DNA of 63,337 nt from a virus (lineage: Duplodnaviria > Caudoviricetes): the IMG/VR virus record IMGVR_UViG_3300017747_003155, positions 1 to 63,337 of that record; one strand, written 5' to 3'. Made by a program: the position numbers and the translations under genes. Under the pieces are notes generated by a model. That model worked only from the letters and a program-made list of their open reading frames with translations, did not search any database and was not told where the DNA came from. Positions 45,118 through 55,156 of the stretch are shown one piece after another; within the stretch, counting starts at the first letter, position 1; the number at the start of each line of letters is the position of its first letter.

Positions 45118-48100
45118 GTAGCTCAAGTTGGGTGAACTACGGCATAGCTGCCGCTGGTGCGGTGGTGGTCGGATTCGCCACCTTCGGGATGGGCCTGTCG
45201 TGGTACATCCCGGCGGCGCTTTTCACCTTCAGCGCCACGGCGAGCTACCTGAACGCCCGCTATGCCCGGCCAAAGATGCCGGGGGTCGGCGGCTTAGGCG
45301 GCGGCGCCTTCGGGGGCGGGAACACGAACAACCAGAAAGACGCCGCGGCGCAAGGCCTTCAGATCAGCACGAACTCGGAGGCGATCACGCTCCCGGTGGT
45401 GTTCGGGACCCAACGGCTGGCCGGCAACTACACGCGCTACGATCGGTCGAGCTTTCGGTCCGTCCCGATCATCGAACGAATCCAGCGGGACCCGTCGCTG
45501 GTCGCCTACGAGCAGGCCAAGGCGTTCTACAAGCGCAACCCCGACAAGGTCGACCACGAACTCGACAGCGCGGCCCAAAAGCAGCAGGAGGCCCAAGGAG
45601 GCGGCGGCAAGGGAGCCCAGAAGTCGCCACCGCCCCCCAGCGAATCCCTCGACTCCTACGACAAGGTGGGCCAGTACAGCCAGATCCTGCTCAAACAGGA
45701 CCAAGAGGGGAAGCGGAAGCTGCCGGTCGAGTATGACGAATACATCGTCGGGTACCGCTACTACCTGAGCTTTGAACTGGCCTACTGCATGGGCCCGATC
45801 GACCGCTTCGAGGTCATGCGGTCATTCCCCGGCGAGGGGATTGTGGTCGACAACCGCACCACCCCGGATGTCGTCGCCGCGAACAGTTACGCGTTCACGG
45901 CGCGCGGCGCGGACGAAGGCGGATCGTTCCGACTGTACCCCGGAAAAGCGACCCAGACCCGCGAGACCGGCGACGTCTACAAGACCGACGCCACCAATTA
46001 CCGGAACGTCTGTTTCGGGATGTTCACCGACTTCTACCTCGGCACCAGCCCGGCCCCAAAATCCTACGCGATCGAGGTCACCCGGTTCCCGGTGGTGCTC
46101 GACGCCGCAGGCGACCCGATTGCAGACTTCCCCACTCGCGGGTCGACGGCCGGCACCGCCTACGCGGCGAGCGGCACGGCGTGGGCCGCGAACGTCTTCA
46201 CGGTCACGATCGGCGCGCACGCGATCAATGTCGGCCAGAAGGTGACGATCGAAGGCTTCGTGCCCGCCAAGCTGAACGGGGTCAACCGGGTGGTCACCGC
46301 GACCACCGGCACGACCGTCTCCTTCGCGCTCACAAACCCCGGCCCGGTCACGACCAACGGTTCGATCCGGGCGACCCACCCCTGCTACTACTCGGCCAAC
46401 CCTGCGGCCGTCCTGTGGGAAATCTTCACCAACAAGCTGTGGGGTCGCGGGATGTCGCCTGATGACCTCGATGTCGAATCCTTCAAGACGGCGGCGCAAT
46501 TCTTCGAGGCGAACGACATCGGGATGGACTTCCACCTCCAGACTCAGAACCTCGTCTCGGATGCGATCGACACCATCCGCCAGCACGTTTCCACGATGGT
46601 CATCCCGGTCGGGGGAATCCTGAAGTGCGTGTGCCTGCTCGACCGCGCCAGCGCCTACTCACCGCGTATTCGGATCACCAGCGAAAACGTGATCGAACCC
46701 GAATTCAGCCGGCCGGACTGGGTCGGGACGATCAACGAACTTCGGGCGACCTTCCAGAATCGCCTGAACAACTTCCAAGACGAAGTGGTCATCGCTCAGG
46801 ACGACGGAAACCTCGCGACGATCGGGCGGGTCAATTCCTCGAAGATGTCCTTGCCGGCGTTCGGGTGTCGCGATGTGGCGGACAGGATGGTGCGGATGCT
46901 GATCCAGCAATCGGCCCAGCCGCAGGCCCAACTGAAGTTCACCATGAACCGGTTCGAGTCGCGGTTGGTGCCGGGCGATTTCCTTGAGTTTGTCTGGACG
47001 GAGTGGAGCGAAGGCCCGGTCACGACCTACTGGCGGGTGGTGGAGGTTGCGGACGTCGACGAAGACGGCTCAGGCATCCAAGTGACCTGCACGGAAGACC
47101 TGTACGTGACCCCGGTGGAAGGCGACGCAACGACCTTCGAGGCCGGCGTGCCACCGTACGAGGACGGCACGGTCTCGGATGACGACGACATCGACCTCGG
47201 CGATGACCCCGACTCCGACTTCGACACCGGCAATCTGGAGTTTGCCATGAAGGAACTCCCGTTCTTCCTCGCGGAAGGGGACAAGATTTTCACCCTGTTC
47301 TGCAACCGGGATTCCGGCCGGGTGGTGAAGGTGAATTTCTACGCACGCGAGAATGGCAGCGGAGACGATTTCGTGTCACTGGGCACGTTGGCACCATGGG
47401 CGATCTTCGGAACGCTTGCCACGCCATTGTCGGCGGTTTCCTCGGGCGTCATCCGCAACGGCAACCTCGACCTGACGGTCAATCTGGAGTTCGCGGCCGA
47501 TCGAGCACGGTTCCTCGAAATGTGCTCCTTCGCGCCCACGGACGACGACGACCTCGTTGCTCTGGTCGGGTCCGAGCAGAACTGGATGATGATCGGGAAC
47601 GAAATCTTTCAGGTCGGCCAAGCGGAGGCCGGCGTGTCGGCGAATCAGGTGAAGATCACCGTCTATCTCCGGGGCCAGATGGGGACCGACCAACAGACCC
47701 ACGCGCCCGCAAGCCGGGTCATCTTCATCCACGAATTCATCCCGCGGGTCTTCACCGCTCGCTACGATGCGCTGCCGATCAACAAGACGCTCGAATTCAA
47801 AGCCGTCCCCCTGTCGATCAGGAACGAGACCGGGCTGGAATACACCTTCACCGGGACCATCACGAACCGGGCGCGGCGCGCCATGCCGATCGAAGTCTGG
47901 TCATCCGCCGGCACGGTCGGGCTGAACTGGGAAGTAGAATTCCGCCCCCGGTTCCACAACCGCGGCGCGGGCACCGTTCTGGACATCGACCAAGACTGCA
48001 ACACTTTCACGGGCGAGATTCCTTCGAGCTACGAATACTATGTGATGCCCCGGACCAGCGGGAACGTCGACCTGTTGACGGCCGCCGTGAAGGTCACCCC

Positions 48101-48245
48101 GACGCTCGATGTCGAGGACGGGACCGACAGCACGACCGGGAAAATCACCTTCAGCTATGTGGCGCCCGCGACGACCGACCACTTGCTGTTCTATCAGGTG
48201 TACGACGGGGTGCTGGGATTTCCCGTGCAGATCGACCCGCCCTGA
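45114..48245 (+). CDS. Central tail tip / host-specificity protein (J-like)
   Basis: 'LPVVFGTQRLAGN', 'C.GPID', 'ANPA..L.E..TN..WG.G', 'L.PGD'. Confidence 0.9.
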   Translation: MSSSSWVNYGIAAAGAVVVGFATFGMGLSWYIPAALFTFSATASYLNARYARPKMPGVGGLGGGAFGGGNTNNQKDAAAQGLQISTNSEAITLPVVFGTQRLAGNYTRYDRSSFRSVPIIERIQRDPSLVAYEQAKAFYKRNPDKVDHELDSAAQKQQEAQGGGGKGAQKSPPPPSESLDSYDKVGQYSQILLKQDQEGKRKLPVEYDEYIVGYRYYLSFELAYCMGPIDRFEVMRSFPGEGIVVDNRTTPDVVAANSYAFTARGADEGGSFRLYPGKATQTRETGDVYKTDATNYRNVCFGMFTDFYLGTSPAPKSYAIEVTRFPVVLDAAGDPIADFPTRGSTAGTAYAASGTAWAANVFTVTIGAHAINVGQKVTIEGFVPAKLNGVNRVVTATTGTTVSFALTNPGPVTTNGSIRATHPCYYSANPAAVLWEIFTNKLWGRGMSPDDLDVESFKTAAQFFEANDIGMDFHLQTQNLVSDAIDTIRQHVSTMVIPVGGILKCVCLLDRASAYSPRIRITSENVIEPEFSRPDWVGTINELRATFQNRLNNFQDEVVIAQDDGNLATIGRVNSSKMSLPAFGCRDVADRMVRMLIQQSAQPQAQLKFTMNRFESRLVPGDFLEFVWTEWSEGPVTTYWRVVEVADVDEDGSGIQVTCTEDLYVTPVEGDATTFEAGVPPYEDGTVSDDDDIDLGDDPDSDFDTGNLEFAMKELPFFLAEGDKIFTLFCNRDSGRVVKVNFYARENGSGDDFVSLGTLAPWAIFGTLATPLSAVSSGVIRNGNLDLTVNLEFAADRARFLEMCSFAPTDDDDLVALVGSEQNWMMIGNEIFQVGQAEAGVSANQVKITVYLRGQMGTDQQTHAPASRVIFIHEFIPRVFTARYDALPINKTLEFKAVPLSIRNETGLEYTFTGTITNRARRAMPIEVWSSAGTVGLNWEVEFRPRFHNRGAGTVLDIDQDCNTFTGEIPSSYEYYVMPRTSGNVDLLTAAVKVTPTLDVEDGTDSTTGKITFSYVAPATTDHLLFYQVYDGVLGFPVQIDPP

Positions 48246-48248
48246 GTA

Positions 48249-49829
48249 ATGTCGGGCCCCATGGCCCTTCTCAGCCCCACCACGCTCGAATCGCACCCGG
48301 CCGGGACCACCAACCTCGGCGGCATCATCAACGACAACTGGGCGAAGATCAATGCGATGTTCGACCCGGACCTCGACCCGGGCGATCCGGTCTATGGCCT
48401 GATTGCCGAAGCGGTGCGGGCACAGGCGGGCGGGGTCTTCACGATCACCTACGGAGCCACCCCGAACATCGACTTCAACGAGGAAGAAATCCAAGTCATC
48501 TCCCTGACTGGCGACGCCGCCTTCACGTTCTCGAATCTGGGTGCAGGGAAGACCGTCCGGCTGTTGATCGCCTGCGACGGCACCGCGCGGACGCTGGGCT
48601 GGCCTACCGGGGTCAACTGGGTGGGGACGGCCATCACGACGATCGACGCCAACGCCTACCTTGTCGTCGAGCTTATCAGCCAAGGGACGACCGACACGAA
48701 CGTCTGGGCGACCGCGGGCGCGGGCGGGACTGGCGGTGGCGGCGGCGGGCCGGCCGGGACTGCATACCTCTGGGACACCGGGACCTCTGGCGACCCCGGC
48801 ACCGGTTCGATCGGGCTGAACAATGCGACGGTCGCGAGCGCCACCCAGATCCGAATTTCCGAGACCGACAACGAAGGGAACACGATCGACACTTGGTTGG
48901 CGACATGGGACGACTCGACCGGGACCGTGAAGGGGACGATCAAGGTGGAGGACGAAGCAGACCCCACGGCATTCGCGATCTTCGACATCAGCGGAACGAT
49001 CACTGACTCGGGCACCTACGACACCTTCACCGCCACCCACATCGCGAGCGGCGGCACGCTGGCGAACAACGCGCCCGTTCGAGTGACGTTCTACCGGGCA
49101 GGGGATGCGGGGTCAACTGGGGCGACTGGTTCGCCCGGCGCGGCGGGACCGGCCGGCGTGGCTGGCAACCTGTTCCTGTTCGACACCGCCACCAGCGGCG
49201 ATCCGGGCACGGGCGAAATCCTTTTCAATAACGCCACGCTCGCGAGCGTCACGGCAGTCCATGTTTCCGAGACGGACGCCGATGCGAATGCGCTTGGTCC
49301 GTGGCTCGACACGATCGACGACTCGACCTCGACCATCAAGGGAACGCTTGTTGTCCGAAACCTCGACGACCTGAGCGCCTTCGCGATCTTCCACCTGACC
49401 GCCATGGCGGACAGCGGCGCATACCGCACCCTGACCGTGACCCACATCGCGAGCGGCGGGACATTCGGGGCCGCCGACAATTGCGGGTTCCAATTCATCC
49501 CGACCGGTGACAAGGGGTCGGCCGGCGATTCATCCATCCATGTCGTCTACGAGGGACCGACCGCGGGCGACTACACGCTGGTCCTGTATTCGGGTCGGGC
49601 CGGGACGATCGACCGCATGGTCACGAAGACGACCAGCGGCACCCTGACCGCAAACCTCAAGATCAACGGCGTCTCGGTCACCAGCCTGAGCGCGGTCGCG
49701 GTTACAAGCACCCTCAGCAACACCGCCGCCACCGGGGCCAACACTTTCGTGGCCGGCGACACCATCACCATCACGGCGAGCAGCGTGGCGGCTGCCGTCA
49801 ACTGGGCCGTCTCCATCATCATCTCATGA
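48249..49829 (+). CDS. Tail fibre with an internally duplicated domain and collagen-like linker
   Basis: Two copies of 'DT.TSGDPGTG.I..NNAT.AS.T...SETD...W...DDST...KGT...AFAIF...DSG.Y.T.T.THIASGGT' joined by GSTGATGSPGAAGPAG. Confidence 0.8.
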   Translation: MSGPMALLSPTTLESHPAGTTNLGGIINDNWAKINAMFDPDLDPGDPVYGLIAEAVRAQAGGVFTITYGATPNIDFNEEEIQVISLTGDAAFTFSNLGAGKTVRLLIACDGTARTLGWPTGVNWVGTAITTIDANAYLVVELISQGTTDTNVWATAGAGGTGGGGGGPAGTAYLWDTGTSGDPGTGSIGLNNATVASATQIRISETDNEGNTIDTWLATWDDSTGTVKGTIKVEDEADPTAFAIFDISGTITDSGTYDTFTATHIASGGTLANNAPVRVTFYRAGDAGSTGATGSPGAAGPAGVAGNLFLFDTATSGDPGTGEILFNNATLASVTAVHVSETDADANALGPWLDTIDDSTSTIKGTLVVRNLDDLSAFAIFHLTAMADSGAYRTLTVTHIASGGTFGAADNCGFQFIPTGDKGSAGDSSIHVVYEGPTAGDYTLVLYSGRAGTIDRMVTKTTSGTLTANLKINGVSVTSLSAVAVTSTLSNTAATGANTFVAGDTITITASSVAAAVNWAVSIIIS

Positions 49830-50068
49830 TTATTGCCCGCACCCATCCGCTCCAGACTGGGGCGTCTGTCGAAGGTATCTCGCAAGGCGTGATCCTGACG
49901 GCCGAAGCCGGCGATGCCACCGTCGAGGGTATCGCACAGGGAACCATCCTGACGATCCCGAGCGACGGTCTAAGCCTCGAAGGACTTTATCTCGAAACCA
50001 TCCTCCAATCCCCCCAGCAAGGCCTGTCGGTCGAGGGTCTTTACCTGCAAGTCATTTTCCAACAGTAA
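49826..50068 (+). CDS. Small repeat protein (fibre adaptor?)
   Basis: Four roughly 17-aa repeats 'S/T-V/L-EG-I/L'. Confidence 0.6.
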   Translation: MIIARTHPLQTGASVEGISQGVILTAEAGDATVEGIAQGTILTIPSDGLSLEGLYLETILQSPQQGLSVEGLYLQVIFQQ

Positions 50069-50076
50069 CCACCACC

Positions 50077-51393
50077 ATGAGCGTAAGAGCATTCGTCGGA
50101 TTCGACCTCGGCAGGGACACCTCCACGGTGAGCGCCTACCCGGGCACCAACTGGACCAACAACCTCAATGCCTACATCGCTTGGGCAAAACCCGTCTACG
50201 TCACCCACAACAGCGGCGTGAGCCCGTGGAACAGCGACGCCCAACCGGCCAACGCCAGCGGGAACCAGAACTTTCATTTCTTCACCCGGCCAAGCAACGC
50301 AGGTATGGCCTACGGACACGCGTCCAACGGTGGGAATTTCAGCGGCCGATACACCGGGGCCACGACCATGACTCGGGCCGCATGGCGCACCGCGAAGGGC
50401 CACCAACTAGCCCTCAGTCGCAGTCGGGTGATCCCGGCGCTGACCAACACGGAACTGTGGTTCACCTTCGACATCTCGTTTCCCAGCCTCGGCGGATCGA
50501 GCATCGCGAGCGGCCTGAGCGCAGATTCCTACGGGGCCATGTGGAAATGGGGAGACCTGAGCGTCTACGTCAAGAGCACGACATGGATCAGCGGCACCAC
50601 CCACGACATCGTCTTCAGCGTCCGCAACGGGGCGAGCGAGGTCGCGACCGTGACGGTCCCGAGCGTGGTGACCAATGACACCTTCGCGAGCGCCGCCGCG
50701 CTCTTTGTGACGATCCAAGCCAAGCTCGACGCCACGACCGGAATGATCGCCGTGGCGATCAATGGCAATGCCCAGAGCGTGGCCTACACCGGCCAGAACA
50801 CGGTCGCGACGACCAGCGACGCCGCCGCGAGCGAGATCTACTTTGGCCCCCCGGTGATCGACGACGGCACGAACGTCTACGTCGGAATGATCGACCATTT
50901 CTTGGTCGACGACGCCGCCTTCCCGGCCGGCCGGCCGACCGTGCGCCTCATCACCCTGAACGCCGATGTGAGCCTGAGCGGGGTGGCGGCGGCTGGCACC
51001 AGCCCGACTACGGTGGCGAATGCGCTGACGGGCCCGACGGACGCAAAGCAGGCGCGGTGGAGCACCACGACAGGGAGCGCCGAGATGAGCATGACGATGC
51101 CGAGCACGACCGGGATGCTTTCGGATGTCCTTGGGTTCGAGGTCATCGCCCAGCGCGCCGCGAACCGATACCCCACCGCTGCCTTGAAACTCCGGGTCGG
51201 GATGAAGCTGAGCGGCGTGGAGGCGGAAGACGAATACTGCCAAGTGCAATCGCTGGCATTCTCGTCTATCCTCACACCACCGGAAACCGCCGCCACCAGC
51301 CCATGCGCTCAGATTTGGGAGAAGGGCGGCGGTGGCAAATTCCAGACTACCGACCTCGCCAGCACCACGATTCTACTCACCTCACAGACCTGA
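50077..51393 (+). CDS. Putative receptor-binding protein, paralog A
   Basis: Beta-rich; colinear with the next gene. Confidence 0.65.
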   Translation: MSVRAFVGFDLGRDTSTVSAYPGTNWTNNLNAYIAWAKPVYVTHNSGVSPWNSDAQPANASGNQNFHFFTRPSNAGMAYGHASNGGNFSGRYTGATTMTRAAWRTAKGHQLALSRSRVIPALTNTELWFTFDISFPSLGGSSIASGLSADSYGAMWKWGDLSVYVKSTTWISGTTHDIVFSVRNGASEVATVTVPSVVTNDTFASAAALFVTIQAKLDATTGMIAVAINGNAQSVAYTGQNTVATTSDAAASEIYFGPPVIDDGTNVYVGMIDHFLVDDAAFPAGRPTVRLITLNADVSLSGVAAAGTSPTTVANALTGPTDAKQARWSTTTGSAEMSMTMPSTTGMLSDVLGFEVIAQRAANRYPTAALKLRVGMKLSGVEAEDEYCQVQSLAFSSILTPPETAATSPCAQIWEKGGGGKFQTTDLASTTILLTSQT

Positions 51394-51395
51394 TT

Positions 51396-52733
51396 ATGGC
51401 ACTCAAGATGTTCATGGGGTTCGATCCCTGCGACGGCGAAAGCCAAGCCCTCATGCTGTCCGGCGTGATGCAGTGGCAGACTGGATCGACGCAATTCCCG
51501 ATCCCGCCGTGGCTGTTCCATAACAAAGGACTGGCGACGTTGGATCAGTCGATTCATCCGCCGGCGCCGGCATCGACGACGACGAAATCCGCCTTCATGC
51601 CGAGGGAAAACACCTTGGCGTTCGGCTGTTGTTATTTCCCGACCAACAGCACATCGACGATGCCGATCAACTACGGGGCAGCCACCGCGACCACTCGAGC
51701 CGTCTGGGCGACCGCGCAGGGCGCGCAACTGGCGATCGCTCGCAACCAAGTACCCGGCGGACTGAGCGCGAACGAGTACTGGTTCAGCTTCGAGGTTTGC
51801 CCGCCCAACTTCAACAGCGTCGACATGGCGAGCGGGTACGAACCGACCGCCGACTGGGCCGCGATCTTCCGCTGGGGTGATGTTCAGATCCGGGCTAAGA
51901 GCGCGACTCGGAACAACACCACCGGCTACTACAACATGGTCTTCTCGGTGCGGAACAACGGCACCGAGATTGCCACGATCACCGTCCCGCAGGTGAATGC
52001 CGGTGGTTCCTTCGCATCGACTTCGTGGCTCTGGGTGTTGGTAAAGGTGAAGCTCCACGCCACGACCGGCAGCATCGAAGCGTACATCAACGGCAACGGG
52101 ATGAGCGCCAGCTACACGAACCAGAACACCGTCAACACCATCGCGAATGCTTCCGAGAACGGGATGTACTTTGGTCCGATCGTGATGGACAACGGGACCA
52201 ACGCCTATGTGGGCGGACTGGACAGCATCATCATCGACGATGCCGCGTGGCCGAGCGGGCGCCCGACGGTGCGCTTCTGGGCTGTCGCCAGCGACGGCAC
52301 TTTGACGAACGCGGCCGCGGCCGGGACAAGCCCAACCACGGTCGCCAATGCGATCGCGACCGGCAGCACGACCAGCCGCAACGATGCGAAGCAACTTCGC
52401 TTCAGTGCGGTCTCGGGCCGAGCGGAACTGAACATGACGGCCCCGTCGACGACCGGCTTCAATACTCAGGTCCTTGGTTTCTTCGGGATCTTGCAGCGAG
52501 CCGCGAGTCGCAACCCGACCGGCGCTCGACGCATTCGACCGAGCGTGAAGGTGTCCGGGGTCGACTATCAGGACGCGATCCACTCCGCGGTGTCGCTGCC
52601 GTTCTCCAGCATCGTCACCCCGCCGGAAACGCTCGGCGTGAACGTCCTGTGGTTCACCGACAAGGCCGGCTCGCGCTTCACGACCACCGACCTTTCGACC
52701 GCGCAACTGGTGCTCGAATCCATCACGGCATGA
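51396..52733 (+). CDS. Putative receptor-binding protein, paralog B
   Basis: Shares 'F.GFD', 'VFSVRN..E.AT.TVP', 'YFGP', 'AAAGTSPTTVANA', 'FSSI.TPPET', 'TTDL' with paralog A. Confidence 0.65.
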   Translation: MALKMFMGFDPCDGESQALMLSGVMQWQTGSTQFPIPPWLFHNKGLATLDQSIHPPAPASTTTKSAFMPRENTLAFGCCYFPTNSTSTMPINYGAATATTRAVWATAQGAQLAIARNQVPGGLSANEYWFSFEVCPPNFNSVDMASGYEPTADWAAIFRWGDVQIRAKSATRNNTTGYYNMVFSVRNNGTEIATITVPQVNAGGSFASTSWLWVLVKVKLHATTGSIEAYINGNGMSASYTNQNTVNTIANASENGMYFGPIVMDNGTNAYVGGLDSIIIDDAAWPSGRPTVRFWAVASDGTLTNAAAAGTSPTTVANAIATGSTTSRNDAKQLRFSAVSGRAELNMTAPSTTGFNTQVLGFFGILQRAASRNPTGARRIRPSVKVSGVDYQDAIHSAVSLPFSSIVTPPETLGVNVLWFTDKAGSRFTTTDLSTAQLVLESITA

Positions 52734-53641
52734 CCGAAAACTTCGCCACCACCCTGATCGTCGAGGAAGACGCCACCGGCCCCGCGGGTTTGGTGGCGGG
52801 TCCGTTTATGGTCAACTCGATTTCGGCCCTCCTTGGCCGGGAGGCATTGACCTCGCTGCAGTCGCGGGATTTCTGGCGCGCGGTCACGAAAACGGTCCCC
52901 ATCCTGTCTACATTCGCTCTGGGGTGGGAATTCGACGTCGGCGACTCCGAGTGCACCGAAATCATCTTCGATGCGCTGGCGGACCCGACTCGCGGCGACG
53001 ACACGGCTGGGGTGCGGACATGGCGGATGGGACGGCCGGACGACATCCGGCGATTCAACTTCATCATCGACCCGGTGGAAGGCGGGCACTTCGAGCTTCG
53101 CGCCGCGGCGCTCCGGTCGGCTCAGTTTGCGATCGAGCGCGGGCGCCTTGCCACCTGCCTGACCCAGTGGGTGGGTCGGGAGTTGACGACGGACGATTCT
53201 GCCCCGTCGAGCACGGCGGCCTCCAACACGCGGTTCGCTTCGGCCCCGACCTGCACGATCACGCTGGACGGCTGGGACATCCCGGTGTTCTCGGGCGCGA
53301 TCGCCTTCAACCGTGACGTTCAGCCGGCGCAGTTTGACCTGAACAACGTGGCGTCGAAGTGGACCGGCGAGCAATCGGTCGATGTCCTCGGGCGGATCAA
53401 CACCCGCCTGTCCAGTGGGAACTTCGCCAGCCTGATGCGCGGCGGGGTGATTGAAAAGGCCATCACGGTCACGATGACGGCCGGGGCCCGCGTGCGGGTG
53501 ATCGAGCTTCCGGTGTGTCGGTTGGAGGTCTCGGAGCGTACTCTGGTTGGTGAAGGCACCTACGAGCATTTGGTTCAATTCGCCGTTGTCCGGTCGGAAG
53601 GCGCGGACATCATGACTGCCACATCAGAAGACACCCCATGA
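52730..53641 (+). CDS. Divergent tail-tube-fold protein (second tube-like gene)
   Basis: Motifs colinear with the core of 33457..34995 (see findings). Confidence 0.55.
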   Translation: MTENFATTLIVEEDATGPAGLVAGPFMVNSISALLGREALTSLQSRDFWRAVTKTVPILSTFALGWEFDVGDSECTEIIFDALADPTRGDDTAGVRTWRMGRPDDIRRFNFIIDPVEGGHFELRAAALRSAQFAIERGRLATCLTQWVGRELTTDDSAPSSTAASNTRFASAPTCTITLDGWDIPVFSGAIAFNRDVQPAQFDLNNVASKWTGEQSVDVLGRINTRLSSGNFASLMRGGVIEKAITVTMTAGARVRVIELPVCRLEVSERTLVGEGTYEHLVQFAVVRSEGADIMTATSEDTP

Positions 53642-53756
53642 CCACCACCTTGAATTTCGGTCCCCATGGGCTATCGCAAGCGATGCTCGCCCCAACCTTG
53701 GACGATCAGGCCGCCATGACGATTTGGGTCACTGGCGAACCCGAGCACGACCGCCC

Positions 53757-54329
53757 ATGCCACCACGCCGCCAACAACCAGAACCCTCCGAAATCCCGTC
53801 GTCCGCAATTCACCATGCCTTCTGGTCTCGCTCGCCAGTGGGCATGGCACGAGTCGGACGGGATGGTACGTTCTTACAGGTCAATCCGGCCTTTTGTGCC
53901 ATCACAGGATACTCCGAGCGCGAACTGCTTGTCAGAACATATCAATCCATCACCCACCCTGCTGACCTTGCTGCTGACGAATCTGAAGCAGAGCATCTAT
54001 CCGGCCACCCCGAAGGCACAGGTTATTCGATGGCAAAACGCTATGTGCGCAAAGATGAACGGATTGTGTGGTGCGAGCTTCATGTGTCCGCGCTCTGCTC
54101 GGAAACCGATGCCTTCGCCTTTTTCGTCGTCTTCGCGGTCCCACTCCCGACCGGCGCCAGCTACCGAGCCGAGTCCAAGGACGGGGCGGTTGTGGTACGG
54201 CCTAGTGCTCGTTGGATTGACCTCTTTCGCGACAATCCTCGGGAATCACTTCTGGTCATTGCTTGCCTCTTTGGGTTCGTGAAGGGGGAATCGCTGGTGG
54301 ACTTTTTGCTCCACCTGTTCAAGAAGTAG
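53757..54329 (+). CDS. PAS-domain protein with C-terminal hydrophobic segment
   Basis: 'SPVGMARV.RDG.FLQVNPAFCAITGYSEREL...YQSITHPAD...KRYVRKD..IVW.ELHVS' is a canonical PAS/PAC; tail 'LLVIACLFGFVKGESLVDFLLHLFKK'. Confidence 0.88.
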   Translation: MPPRRQQPEPSEIPSSAIHHAFWSRSPVGMARVGRDGTFLQVNPAFCAITGYSERELLVRTYQSITHPADLAADESEAEHLSGHPEGTGYSMAKRYVRKDERIVWCELHVSALCSETDAFAFFVVFAVPLPTGASYRAESKDGAVVVRPSARWIDLFRDNPRESLLVIACLFGFVKGESLVDFLLHLFKK

Positions 54330-54332
54330 CGG

Positions 54333-54500
54333 ATGCGACCCCTGCTGCTTCTCTGCGCCACCCTGTTGACCACCGGGTGCGGTTCGATCGACCGCATCGC
54401 ATTCACTGTCGGCTACGACAAGGCCACGGTCGGGATCGAGGCCGATCTGCGGGACCCCGGGAAAAATCCGATTGGCAAGCGCCGCCCTTCTGGCAAATAG
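54333..54500 (+). CDS. Small lipoprotein (spanin candidate), 55 aa
   Basis: MRPLLLLCATLLTTG-C lipobox followed by an amphipathic beta segment; below the ORF-track cutoff. Confidence 0.65.
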   Translation: MRPLLLLCATLLTTGCGSIDRIAFTVGYDKATVGIEADLRDPGKNPIGKRRPSGK

Positions 54501-54504
54501 GGGG

Positions 54505-54864
54505 ATGCGCGACCGCATTCTTCAACTCATCATCGCGGACCGTACCCGCGTCCTGACCCTCCTTGTCAGCCTCGTCCTCGCCCTCTGCGGCGGGATCGCC
54601 ACCAAGTTGCTCGGGTTCGAGCTTACGACCGAGCACAACGCCCAGATCACCCTCATCGTCACCCTTGTGTTCGGGTGGATCATCGAAGCCTACGCGGCCG
54701 AAGTGAACGCGAAGGGGGCCGCCAAGGTTCAGCAATCGCTCCAGCGAATTGACCCGAACCTCCAAGTCGATCGCTACATCGGCGATCAGACCATTGCTGT
54801 CGCGGACGATGCCGCTACTCAGATCGTGCTCAGCGGCAATACGGCGCCACCCACCAAGAAATAA
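54505..54864 (+). CDS. Holin-like two-TM membrane protein
   Basis: Two hydrophobic helices, basic C-terminus, near the endolysin. Confidence 0.65.
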   Translation: MRDRILQLIIADRTRVLTLLVSLVLALCGGIATKLLGFELTTEHNAQITLIVTLVFGWIIEAYAAEVNAKGAAKVQQSLQRIDPNLQVDRYIGDQTIAVADDAATQIVLSGNTAPPTKK

Positions 54865-55156
54865 AGAACGCCAGAGCGCCAAGGAAACCGCAGAGCAGCG
54901 CGAATATCACCGCGATGATGAGCGGAAGATCCCGCTCGGGTTTCACGGATGAAACGTGCTGGAAGGTCCGACGGACATCATCCAGCAGAGCAGGGGCCTC
55001 GACCTTGCGTGGGTCAATGCCATCGTCGGCCAGATTGCAATGCCAGCCGTTCACGTATCCGACGATCTGACACTCGCGAGCGGTGAGTGGGAAGATTTCA
55101 GGATCGGCAATCGTGTTGCCGTCCTGATGGTCATTTGCTGGGGAGGGATTTTTCAT
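54830..55156 (-). CDS. Antisense membrane protein (C-terminal TM)
   Basis: MKNPSP...LPLIIAVIFALLCGFLGALAFFISWW; overlaps the end of the upstream minus-strand gene. Confidence 0.55.
   Translation of the reverse strand: MKNPSPANDHQDGNTIADPEIFPLTARECQIVGYVNGWHCNLADDGIDPRKVEAPALLDDVRRTFQHVSSVKPERDLPLIIAVIFALLCGFLGALAFFISWWVAPYCR

Noticed and set aside
50077-52733. Paralogous fibre genes as a DGR or invertible shufflon
   Set aside because: Same orientation, protein-level divergence throughout, no near-identical template repeat, and no RT or invertase.
53638-54282. 214-aa ORF overlapping the PAS gene in another frame, ATGA-coupled and with a hydrophobic C-terminus
   Set aside because: No recognisable domain, and equally long shadow ORFs in this frame occur elsewhere (e.g. 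12328..13230). The PAS frame explains the sequence. Overprinting cannot be fully excluded without Ribo-seq.
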